Assembly: GCF_022045235.1 (NCBI RefSeq)
Contig: NW_027266286.1
Span: forward strand, 32,302,001 to 32,366,000
Direction: 5' to 3'
Length of the DNA stretch: 64,000 nt
DNA from: Haliotis cracherodii
Lineage: Eukaryota
Part shown: positions 53,701 to 64,000 of the stretch, in pieces
How the letters are laid out: the number at the start of each line of letters is the position of its first letter
Numbering within the stretch: position 1 is the first letter of the stretch
Position numbers and translations under genes: made by a program
Notes under the pieces: model-generated
Seen by the model: the letters and a program-made list of their open reading frames with translations, nothing else
Told to the model about the DNA's origin: nothing
Database searches by the model: none

Positions 53701-56614
53701 ATACGTTAATGCGATGCATTATCCTACTTACATCTCTGATAACCATGCTGAAATCACAGCGTACCAAGCTGAGAGTCGTGCAGCCATAGAATAGCAGTTC
53801 TGTCTGACACGTTAGTTGCAGCGTTAAAGTGAACGTATCATGAAAAACAGCAATAGATTTTTCGTACACCATTATGTAGGCAGTATAATGTACAATACGA
53901 TTGCCTAGGAACAAAGTGTAAAAACATCAAGTTACCGCTGTTGCGCGTAATTTAAAATACGATTTGTGTGGTCTCTATTTGTAAGAACCCAAACTATGGA
54001 ATAATTGCCCTTACAACAGCAAGTATAAAGTGTCAAAACAAAACCAATGCAGCACTGCGACATGTTGGCCATTTGTCGCAATGTCGCGTTGACACATTGT
54101 CGCGCTTTGAATCATATTGTTTTTACTTAACAAAAGGGCGACAATGCGACAATGTGACATTTTTCAAGGTCAAAATATGTCGCATTGTCGCTCTTTGGTA
54201 AAATAAAAATAATATTATTCAACTCGAAAAATGGTCAAAATGTCGCGTTGTCGCACTGTCGCTCTTTTGTTAATTTTGACACTTTTTACTTGTTTATGTA
54301 AAGGCAACAATGCGACAACGCGACAGTGTCCCTTCTTGGATTCCATACAAAAGGAGGCGTGGTTTACTTAGCCTGCAGGTTAATTGGGTATAACCACCAG
54401 CCGGGTACAGAATATACCTATTCGTTTCATTAGTCGTTGGGATATATATACTCTTCCAAAAAAAAGAAACTATACATGCATAACTTTGATGATCCTGGAC
54501 CTGATCGCTTTTGCATGGCAGAATTTGTTTTCTTAAGTAATCGTTAAATTTCATTAAATTTTCGAGTAAGCATGCAGATTGCCGAAACGTAATGTTGTGA
54601 CGTCGCAACGGAGCAATTCGCCAAAACGCAGCTGCAATGCCATAAAACTGCATCATGCAAATTTCTGAACTGTCGTGACAATACCTGTCAGCAGCCTCAC
54701 AAGTACCCAGACTACGTCTAATATCGGATCAGACTGTTCGAAACTGTCACAGAGTTTCTGCGTCAGAACAACGTGCCTGCGCTACCCTGGCCTGTCCGCT
54801 CGCCAGACTTGTCCCTTATTGAACATTTATGGGACATGCTGGATCGTTGGGTCCGTCAACGTCAACCACCGCCACAGACACTTCAGGAATTGTTTGTGGC
54901 GCTTGAGCAGGATTGGCAGAACATCCCCCGGAGTGTTATTCGGACTTCGCTGCCAAGAGGTGATAGCAGCTCGAGGAAGCCATAATCGTTACTTTCCACC
55001 TACCCCGGACGTCTTTGCGCCTGTATTTGTTACATGCATATTGTACAGCAACAATTAACCTATAAGTACCACTAGTTACACTATTTATGAAATCTAAACT
55101 CGAAAAATAAACCCAGTTGCAATCCTGATGTATAGTTTCTTTTTTTAAGAGTATATAATATAATAATTGAATGGATTTCACATATGTCAAGAGTATGGCT
55201 AGTGGTGGCGTGTCAAGTAACCTTGGTTTAACGTGAATTATAATTTTCACGTAAAATATTTACTTTGCAATTTTAGGGGCGCGGGTTCCAAAACAAAACA
55301 AATGAGATGAGTACCGTAACGCGAAGAATAAACGCATTTAAAGAAATAGCAAGTTTCGCAAATCGTTTTCTCACCGAATATTGAACTCAGTTTGTGATAT
55401 GAATTGCCTTTGTCACATATCTGTTGTGGGGATCAATTTTGGAAGTAATTTCCTCCAACAAGACCTTATATGGAGCCTCTGTATACAAAGGCTCCGCCTC
55501 CGCTGTATTTTCGTGTCAGGATTTTAAAGTGATAGACAGGATAAAAGGACAAATAAACCTTATTTACGCGCCTCGATGTTTTGAATACGACATTAACATT
55601 AACAATGTTACGATCTATCCATACCTGCAAAAGTTGTATATACCCAAGAGACTTGCACTCTAAAATTCCATTATGTCCGGTTTATCGTTAGACCGTAAGT
55701 ACAGTCAAGCCTCGTTAATCCGACACTCGTTAATCCGACAATCGGCTTTATCCGACACTAATGATGGGAACCGATTAAATCAGTGCTATTTAGACCCACT
55801 AATCCGACAGTGTCGCACTCCGACTCCGACACACTTAATTTGCAACGAATTACCAAAATCTCTCATATAACAACGGCTCCAGAGATAAACTTGCTTAACA
55901 ATAAACAATTAATGCTTTAAATAAAGAAAACAGTATTAATCACATGCTTGGATTACCTCAATCTCATTGAAATCAGATACAAGTTCTCGCTGTCGCCGAG
56001 GATATCCCATTACAGCTTTTCGCTAACTATGACCTGCCAATGAAATGACCAACAGGAAGTCAACGTTAGCCACTTAGAAAGCAGCTCTCCTAAGCTTTGC
56101 GGTTCCAGTATCAAACTTGCGACTGCCATTCCAGACTATGCTTTTTAAAGTATTTTGAATAAGTCATACAGTCCGTAACAGTTGTGTCGAGCTTTAGAGG
56201 TTGCATGATTAGAAAACATATTCCACTAACAATGTAACATAACAATATGAACATTTCATTTTTATTTTTTATTACGTGTTTGTATCGTTATCTATCGTGT
56301 AGTTGTTCGATTTTCTATCACGAACGTCGATACTACTTAAATTCGTTTATCCGACATACTCGTGAATCCGACATAATCGTATGCATCAACCATGTCGGAT
56401 AAACGGGACTTGACTGTATAAGAATCAGTTAGACAGGTCAACTCATTTTGAGTTTAATATCAATGCCTTGTACTGTTGCAGGATGCACGAGCTGCAACGG
56501 AATTCTCGAAAAAGGAATAAACTGTCAGGAACCAACGTATCTGCATTGGAATTAAAGAGAAACTCTGTTGTATCATTAGAATCTGGATATGATTCCATTT
56601 CAGCGTTGCGCTGA
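41786..56614 (+). CDS. Receptor gene C: signal + SUEL-like + CUB-like + very long mucin stalk + TM + ITIM-like tail; in-frame TGA at codon 6
   Basis: Exons 41786-41858 (MKQLL*CISTAALVLQASNLHVCEG), 43006-43386 (ACY..C..C..DCC..C..YVSLEYDCVH, GC donor), 44155-44511 (CUB-like), 44722-45819 (S/T-rich), optional repeated 444-nt exons, 53251-53286, 53406-53493 (TM), 56482-56614 (tail ..SLESGYDSISALR*). AATAAA at ~56690. All phases are compatible. Confidence 0.8.
42340..42630 (-). mobile_element. tRNA-derived SINE (family 3), most complete copy
   Basis: Minus strand ggggacacgggtggccctgtcgtctaaggcg...ggtttgaatccc...ctggaatactgttaaaagcgacgtgaaaaacccaactcactc. Confidence 0.8.
45309..53208 (+). repeat. 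878-bp tandem array x9 (mucin exon 3' half + intron)
   Basis: Near-identical units; matching positions at 45375, 46253, 47131, 48006, 48884, 49762, 50640, 51518, 52396 (copy 3 has a 3-nt deletion). Confidence 0.98.
54670..55000 (+). mobile_element. Tc1/mariner transposase C-terminal fragment
   Basis: LPWPVRSPDLSLIEHLWDMLDRWVRQRQPPPQTLQELFVALEQDWQNIP (SPDLxPIE motif). Confidence 0.88.
55702..56416. mobile_element. pogo/Tigger-type MITE
   Basis: TA|cagtcaagcctcgttaatccgaca ... tgtcggataaacgggacttgactg|TA, with internal atccgaca subrepeats. Confidence 0.85.
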
Positions 56615-59024
56615 CGTGGCTGTTCAGTTCATATGACAATTTATCTAACCTCCCGCATGTGTAGTCAGCTTGTAGTGTTGCCTAACAGAAATAAACGCTG
56701 TCTTGGGAGATATATCAGTTATCAGACATCACCACTTTTCGTAAACCCAAAGAAGAAAACTAAAAATGTCTGGAACGTATAAACTTGCCCCGCATGTAAC
56801 TATCATTAAGTCACACTGTTCATTGTGATGTAGAATGTAAGACCTCGCCGTCGGATATTGCAAAGCGCCAAATTTAAGTTCTGTTGTTGCTCAAAATTGA
56901 CATACACTCTCCCATTCCATTGTTTTCTGCTGAATATGCTTTGAATATTGTAGTAATTGCAACTTTGCAATGTGTCACCTGTACTAGTACATACTTATTC
57001 AAAATGACAACCGCCAATGACTGAGAAATTAGCTGCTTCATTCAGAAGTTGTTATTTCGATTTGAAACCTGAGTACCTGTATTTTCCAAGCTGTGATAGA
57101 AAATGTTTTATCGTGATGGTTTCTATTTGTTCTCCATGCGACTGTGCGAGCTTGTTAGATCACGATAATAGCCAACGTGCATGTTGATTATATACTTGTG
57201 CAGTGTGTCATTCAGTGTCTTTCTGTAATCAAAATAACATGTTTTACCGGTACGCGATGGAACAAAGGGAAACTATACAACCTCCGGCAAAGATGTACAT
57301 CCAACACTTTAGACGATCAATTGTAAGAGACACATAAGTATTCATGTACCCAGAAAAGTGATGATGTTTGATTTCATTTTTATGCTCACATGTAACAAAT
57401 TGTGGTCAAATCAGAAAAATAGAAATGACCAGGAAATGCCCAGACTAGCCATCATTGCATCTGTTCTTACATGCTATTGCTTGCAGAAGGCTAAAAGCTG
57501 CGTAAAACCATACGCGCTCTCTCACCTGTTATTGTAATTGGGTTTTATGAAGGCGTTATCATGATAATTTCAAACATTATGTTATAACAACAATAGTACT
57601 GAAGAATGTAATACGTATACGAAAGTGTTCGTGGGATCGATCCTTTGATTCTTTGGAGTATCGGCTGTGATGTAGAATATCTGAATACAATCTTACAGTT
57701 TCCATCCCATCTTCAAATGCCTCTCCTCCCACCCAGAACCGAACATGTGTTTTTTTAACAGCACTGTCGGTCTTAAACCAGAGAAGATCACTGGGGAGCA
57801 AGTGGCGAACTAAAACACGCCAAGTAAATATAAAACAATAACGTATAGTATGCAAGGTCTTCGGATTTTGACATTGCACCTTTCGCACATCCCTAGCACC
57901 AGGACCAAACAAGAACGGTTTTTCCATGGTCCGGGCAAATTAGCTCGCCTACTTGGGGTGTATGTTCAAATCATTTTTATATATATATTCGGAAATCAAT
58001 AAGACAAAAGTCGCATGATCACACGGGGAAAGTGAACGTACTGACGAAAGCGAATCGCCGATGATCTCGTGTAATGTTTTCAGTTGAGTCCAGATTCACT
58101 CTGACCTTTCTGTATAGGCATGGACGTGTCTGGAACGTCAACATCAACGCAAGACAACACGACGAATTTAGGGGTGGGTCTGAACGATATGTACGATAGC
58201 GCTCGTGCTCACCGTGCATGTATCGTAACTATCTCCAGTAGCATAACGTCATCAGACTTAAATGAACAGCAATGAAAACTTTTCCCATTTAGCACATCTG
58301 GGCTATGATCGGGAGAACAGCACCCAGAAATCAAAGGCTATCCGCTACGTAAGCCCAAATGGGCCATGCGTTGCTAGAGGAGTCGGAAGGACTCCCTCAA
58401 ATTGTCATTGTCAAATTATCCATTGCCCCCTCAGATAAGGAAGCAGTGATTTAAATGCACACACATATCATAGACATATTCATGAGTCTACTACCTGCTC
58501 CTGTGGATATCATTATGAGGATCCTACACATTACTTCCTTTCATGTCGCAACTACTGCAATCTTCGGAACAATATGTACTACTATATAAAGGGATATGAC
58601 ATGCATTCAGTATTATATGGAAATGCTACAACATCTACTGATACTAACCTTACTATTGTACAATCTGTCCATTTGATCATTGCAAAATTGCAACAGTAGG
58701 CACAATCAATCTAAATTTATTATTTTATGTACAGCTTACTCTTATTAATTGTTAAATGTTCTTTGTAGGGAGAGGTGTTTAAATAGGTTGAACCTGTTCA
58801 CCAATCCCATTCCTTTTTCTTGGAAATAAATATTGTTTAAATCAAATTGCCATTTGGAGATTAATTCGGACCATGACACACGTATATACTAATGTTTGAT
58901 CAATCGTCGGGGCATGATCCATCATTAATTATAGTTGACCACACACCCTTGTCGTCTTTCTTGGTTCTTTGCATCCTTACAAAATACCGCCAACATGTTC
59001 TGTTAATAGTCCTTCCCTGTTCTT

Positions 59025-59187
59025 GGGGCGGTCGGGTAGCCTTGTGGTTAAAACGTTCGCTCGTCATGCCGAAGACCCGTGTTCGATTCCCGATATGGGT
59101 ACAATATGTGAACCCATTTCTGGTGTCCCCCGCAGTTATTTTGCTGGAATATTGCTAAAAGCGGCGTAAAACCATACTCACTCACTC
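59025..59187 (+). mobile_element. tRNA-derived SINE (family 2)
   Basis: A box tagccttgtggttaa, B box gttcgattcc, body gctggaatattgctaaaagcggcgtaaaa and an (actc)n tail. Confidence 0.88.
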
Positions 59188-61793
59188 CTCTGTACTCCTT
59201 TGTAATTCACTCATAGTTTACCCTACTGTATTTTGAGAGAACGTAACCCGAAAGAAAAGGCGTATTATAGTACCACGGAACAACAGAGCAAATATCAAAT
59301 GACAAGAGGAGAGGATTGTCAGAGGGCTATTAACGACAGCTTGACTATTCCGGAGGAATTACCTGATATTTTGTGAACATTAAGACCTCGAAATGCAGGT
59401 CCGATATGATGGGAAACCTTTGACAAGTACAGGTTTTTATAGTTAGTATCATATTTAGAGACACAAAGTATAATTTATAACTATTCATATTGCGATACGA
59501 TATTTAGGCCTAATGTGGTAATATGTACAAGCTTAACGAAATATCTTAACACATATCAAACAATGATGTTAAACTATCTGGATGTTTATGTAAATCAGAG
59601 GCTTAGTTATTATGGAATACCAAATATTTTCTTTAACTACCATATCAACTTTTGAATCTCCTATAACCGATTCGATATTATCCAAGTTAAGAAAAAAGGG
59701 TAAACTTTATGACAGACACCGATCGAATATCTCTTGCCTGTTGAATACCGAATCTAATTATTTTGCGGCAACGATGGACAGAAGACTGGCTTACTCCGCG
59801 AGCCAAGCCCAAAGATAGGAAAGGGAACGTGCATCTTTTAACCCGAGACATTAACCGATAATCGACATGATCATTGACTGTTGTTGCTCTTTGCTAACTC
59901 AATCCATTTCTCACCGCATGTAATCCAATATGTGCAATTGTTATAACATCGGGTATTACTTTATTAATTTTACTTTAATGGGAAACTGTATGAGTTTGTA
60001 GACTATTGTTTTACAGTGCAGAGTGAGGCCGATGTCCGACGTACAGAAAGTCGCCATATCTCACGTACAGGCATCTGCTTGTGGGGTGACAGGAACCGAG
60101 GCCACAGTGACAACAGATTAAAAAAACAAGGAAGACAAACTCAAGCCACAAGACACTTTTCAATGTCACGATCAATTCCAAAATGGAAGTTTGGAAATGT
60201 TTTGAGTTCACAAAAAGTTAGAAAAATAATGTGGTGAATAAAGTTTAACTGTAGCATGAGTGCTCCAGACATTCTATACACTGTCCCTAACTGCAGGGAT
60301 ATATAACAAAAGAATATCCAGGGCGCCGGGACATGTACATGCGCTTACTCCGGGAAAGGAAGACCCTTACAAGACAAAGTGGCATTGGAGGTATACAGAC
60401 TGCCGTTATTTAGCTTGAATATAACTGACTGACAAACTATTGCCTCCCCTCTTCGTGTCAGGATTCGCTGACAATTGGTTCATGCCACTGATACTTGATT
60501 GGTCAGCATCATACCCATGCTCGTAGGATTTTACAAATGTGAAACGTCTTTGACCTGTATTATATCTGGCTTTTAATTCGAAACAGAAACATATACATGA
60601 AACAAATATATACGTTTTTACAATTATTAGACACTGACGCTCACACATGACAATATAATTACAAATAAATAAATGTGCTATGTTGTCAGTGAAGAGATAA
60701 CGGATGATGTCATTGTCATAGTTTATTTGTTGTTTGACGCCGCACTCGGCAATATCTCATTCCAGATATATGATGGCGGTCTGATGAAAATTGATGATTG
60801 ACATTATGTGCTACGATCCATGGGATAGGGATACGATGACACGAGAATAAGCTTATCAGTGACACCCCATTAGCTAAATACCGAGATAAATGCATACATC
60901 AATGTGATATGAAATCACCAACTGCGTATAAGAGCCACATTGTTGTACTCGATGTCTTTCTGAGTGGTGAATTGCAGAGATTGGTGTGGCATACTTAGCT
61001 ACAAACTGAAAGTCGGAAAGGAGCGAGCGGGTAGCCCAGTGGTTAAAGTGTCCGCTCGTCATTTCGACGTAAAACAATACTCACTCACGAAAGGAATGTT
61101 AAACAATGTTTTCTATATTAACGAATTATACCTAACTTTCCAACAAACTATCTGCATTAGTATGCCATTCGATGAGTAATTTACTTTTTTTCACACAATC
61201 AAACTTAACCCCGAAGCTAATGTGCAAGTGACCTTATCTTATCAAATGCCCTTAGTTCTTTGCCTTGCCTAATGTCTGTAATTCAACAGAGCGATAATAA
61301 ACGTGACACAATCCTCAGCGTAAAACATGCCGACAAGTGGTACAAATGCAGAACGAGGACGTACACGGCGTGTATCGAAACAGTCTTTACACACATCACA
61401 GGCTTGGTATAAATATCACTGATAACAATGTATCCCCAAACACATGGTGACCACTTATTCTACATATATGTATAAACTATGACCCAATGAAGCTGTAAAT
61501 AATTGGCACATAACAACATTACATGCATATGACCATGAGATATTATATTTTATCCTTGCTAGAAATGCAATGCTCATGCATAATCATTTTGTGAATATTT
61601 GACCCCTTAGATAACATATCAAGCGGCACAAGATTACAAATTACTGTGTGTGATATATATAATGCTATCATGACACAACAGATAGCGAGACAGTCTTCCA
61701 AAGGTTGTCTGGTGAAATTAAATATTTTCTGTCTGACTTCGCTTTACATGTAGTATTGTGCCAACACCTTCAGTCTGTATTTGATACATCAAG

Positions 61794-63342
61794 ATGAGGA
61801 TAGTTTCACTGCTCTTCACAGTGATTCTGGTCCCACTTGTGCCGCCAGCATCTTCAGGTAAGCCCTATCTTTCTCGGGTTGGGCAAGCATTATTTAAAGT
61901 TCTTGCATGCCAGTTTATGCTAACATCCTTTAATACTGGCTTCATTACGAAACACGCTGATTACCAACCGATCATTCTACGGCACGACATGCTAAACTGG
62001 TAATTTAAGTATTTTATATTTTTCAAAATGGCGGAGGTGATCAAGGGGCGTGTACATATTCAAACTCCTCATTCGGGCATTGAAACGCCAGCTGCTGCCT
62101 CAATATGTTGTCAGTCGACGCTTGCTAAGAATTCCTCTGTACTCAGTTGTGTATGTACTTACGTAACAACTTCTACCCTAGATTCAGTCTGTACATCGTG
62201 AACGTCCTGAAAAAGTTCATTTTGGGTACATGTTGAGGCCTGGCATGTGTTTTCCGAGATTTATTTTTTCAATGTTTAGCCCACGTATGTTTTATAAGAG
62301 TCAAAACGGGTTGCTCAGCTGGCCATATCTGAATGTCTCCGCGATCGCGAGACGGGTCCGATGCACAGACGCGTTGTCATCTTGGACGCAGTATTGTTTA
62401 TCAGATAAATCATATTTTACCATAAGGGCTACCTCCCAACATGATCAGCCACAAAGAGCCAACACCCGTTCCAGGTGATGCAGCCCCCATATCGTAATTG
62501 ATACTCAACGACGTGTTTTGTCAATATTGGTTTGGGATACAGACTAGCACTTGACAAGGTACATCCTCGCGCACATTTTCTTTCTGATATTGTGCCTAAA
62601 ACATTTATGTAATTGAATGTGTGTGCAAAACAAGCTGATCTGTGACCTGAACTGTCAGGCTGAACTGAACCTTCATGTCCCTACCGTAATAAAAGGGGGT
62701 ATTGATGTCTCCCAGATCTTTTCCTATGTACATATGGTTGTCTATGTTTCTGTTACGAATGAAACAAACGGCAAAAATGTTTGTCAAAGACAAAATGTTG
62801 AATGTGTTTGTCATTAATGTTCACATGCTGTCAACAGCATGTTTGTATAGTACCTGGTTCATCAACCATCAAGTTATAGGTGGGTATTTGCCTCCATCTT
62901 CAAAGCTCCTGAAAAATATCTTGTACATTTGTTTCAGAGTTGAAGCTGGTGCACATGAATGGGTCAGCTATCCAAGTCTGCAAGGAAACCCTGTGTTATC
63001 AAGACACCTATGACGTGCAGTGCGACAAGGATTGGTTTGCACCAATTAGAAACACATTTTCCCTTAAAAACCCTGCGTTTTCATCAGCTAACAATTGCAC
63101 AGGCCAGAATGCATACCCCAAAGTTTGTTGTGATGTGAATCCCACTGACTGCAGTTTTACCAGTGTTAAGGACTTTGACAAGATAAGAGATGTGTGTTCG
63201 GGGAAGACCCATTGCACGGGTCAGAGAGCACCGTGGCACCCTGTGTATGCCTATAAACCCAATATAAACTGTCCATATCAACAAGGACTGACAACAGTGC
63301 TGACAACACAGTATGTGACGACAGAGTACATGTGTGTACCAT
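61794..63342 (+). CDS. Receptor/lectin gene D (5' part): signal + SUEL-like domain, open
   Basis: Exons 61794-61857 (MRIVSLLFTVILVPLVPPASS G) and 62938-63342 (LCYQDTYDVQC..C..VCC..DC..IRDVCSGKTHC..C..YVTTEYMCVP), both phase 1. The gene continues past the window end. Confidence 0.85.
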
Positions 63343-63860
63343 GTAAGTCTGTATAAGAAATATTCAATAGTTAAACCGCTGACCACTGACACGCATACAT
63401 CTACATGACATTTTGTAAATGCATACATTTTGTTATGGCCGTAACCTTAATTCAAAATTATTTAATGTTATGTTCATAATTGTTCATACACACCATGTTG
63501 CCTTGTACAAAAACCTACTTTCGAGTCACCTCTTTTTGAGCTCCAAAGATACTTCGACAGATCTCGTATGTATTCATGACAGTGTGCTATATATAAAATA
63601 GCAGCACCATTTCTTTGCTTAAGAATGAAATTTGACAATTATCTATTAGGATGTACAGTAACAATTGTCAATTAGCGAGGAAATAGCTGAGTTTCCCTTC
63701 CATTTTTCAAACGAGGATTTCATTGGTCGGATTCCGGAAGTTGAAATACGAATCAGACATTGTATGGCACTGAGTTGTATAATCAGATGCTGTTTGTATT
63801 TGCATTTTGTAATTGTTGTTAACTTACAGAAATATCACACCATGACAGCTTAAATTGAAA

Positions 63861-64000
63861 GGGCCTTGTGGTTAAAGCTTTCGATCGTCACGTCGAAGAT
63901 CCGGCCTCGATTCCCGACATGGGTACAATGTGTGAAGCCCATTTCTGGTGTCCCCTGCCGTGATATTGCTGGAATATTGCTAAAAGCGGCGTAAAACCAT
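63861..64000 (+). mobile_element. tRNA-derived SINE (family 2)
   Basis: Copy of 59025-59187, truncated by the window end. Confidence 0.88.

Noticed and set aside
59025-59100. Functional tRNA genes (also 3395, 37200, 63861)
   Set aside because: The cloverleaves are degenerate and followed by SINE bodies and tails; multiple diverged copies are present.

Overview
Eukaryotic, AT-rich, intron-rich animal DNA. The perlucin-like lectins and SINE types suggest a mollusc, plausibly a gastropod such as abalone (inference). Splicing exons by hand reveals an interleaved cluster of two glycan-recognition gene families. (1) Five small secreted C-type lectin genes (CTL1-5), all on the minus strand, share a 5-exon plan and an EPN motif. 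(2) Four paralogous genes (A-D) share an architecture of signal peptide + SUEL/rhamnose-binding-lectin-like Cys domain + CUB-like domain + Ser/Thr mucin stalk + single TM + cytoplasmic tail; only the first two exons of D are in the window. A has three frameshifts, while B and C each carry one in-frame TGA. C has a GC-AG intron, an ITIM-like tail motif and a 9 x 878-bp tandem amplification of its mucin exon/intron that could be spliced in frame. The rest is tRNA-derived SINEs, Tc1/mariner and pogo-type elements, a 9-bp-TSD MITE family, Penelope-like remnants (RT motif, hammerhead core), satellites and one N gap. Most ORFs in the supplied track are spurious or exon fragments.
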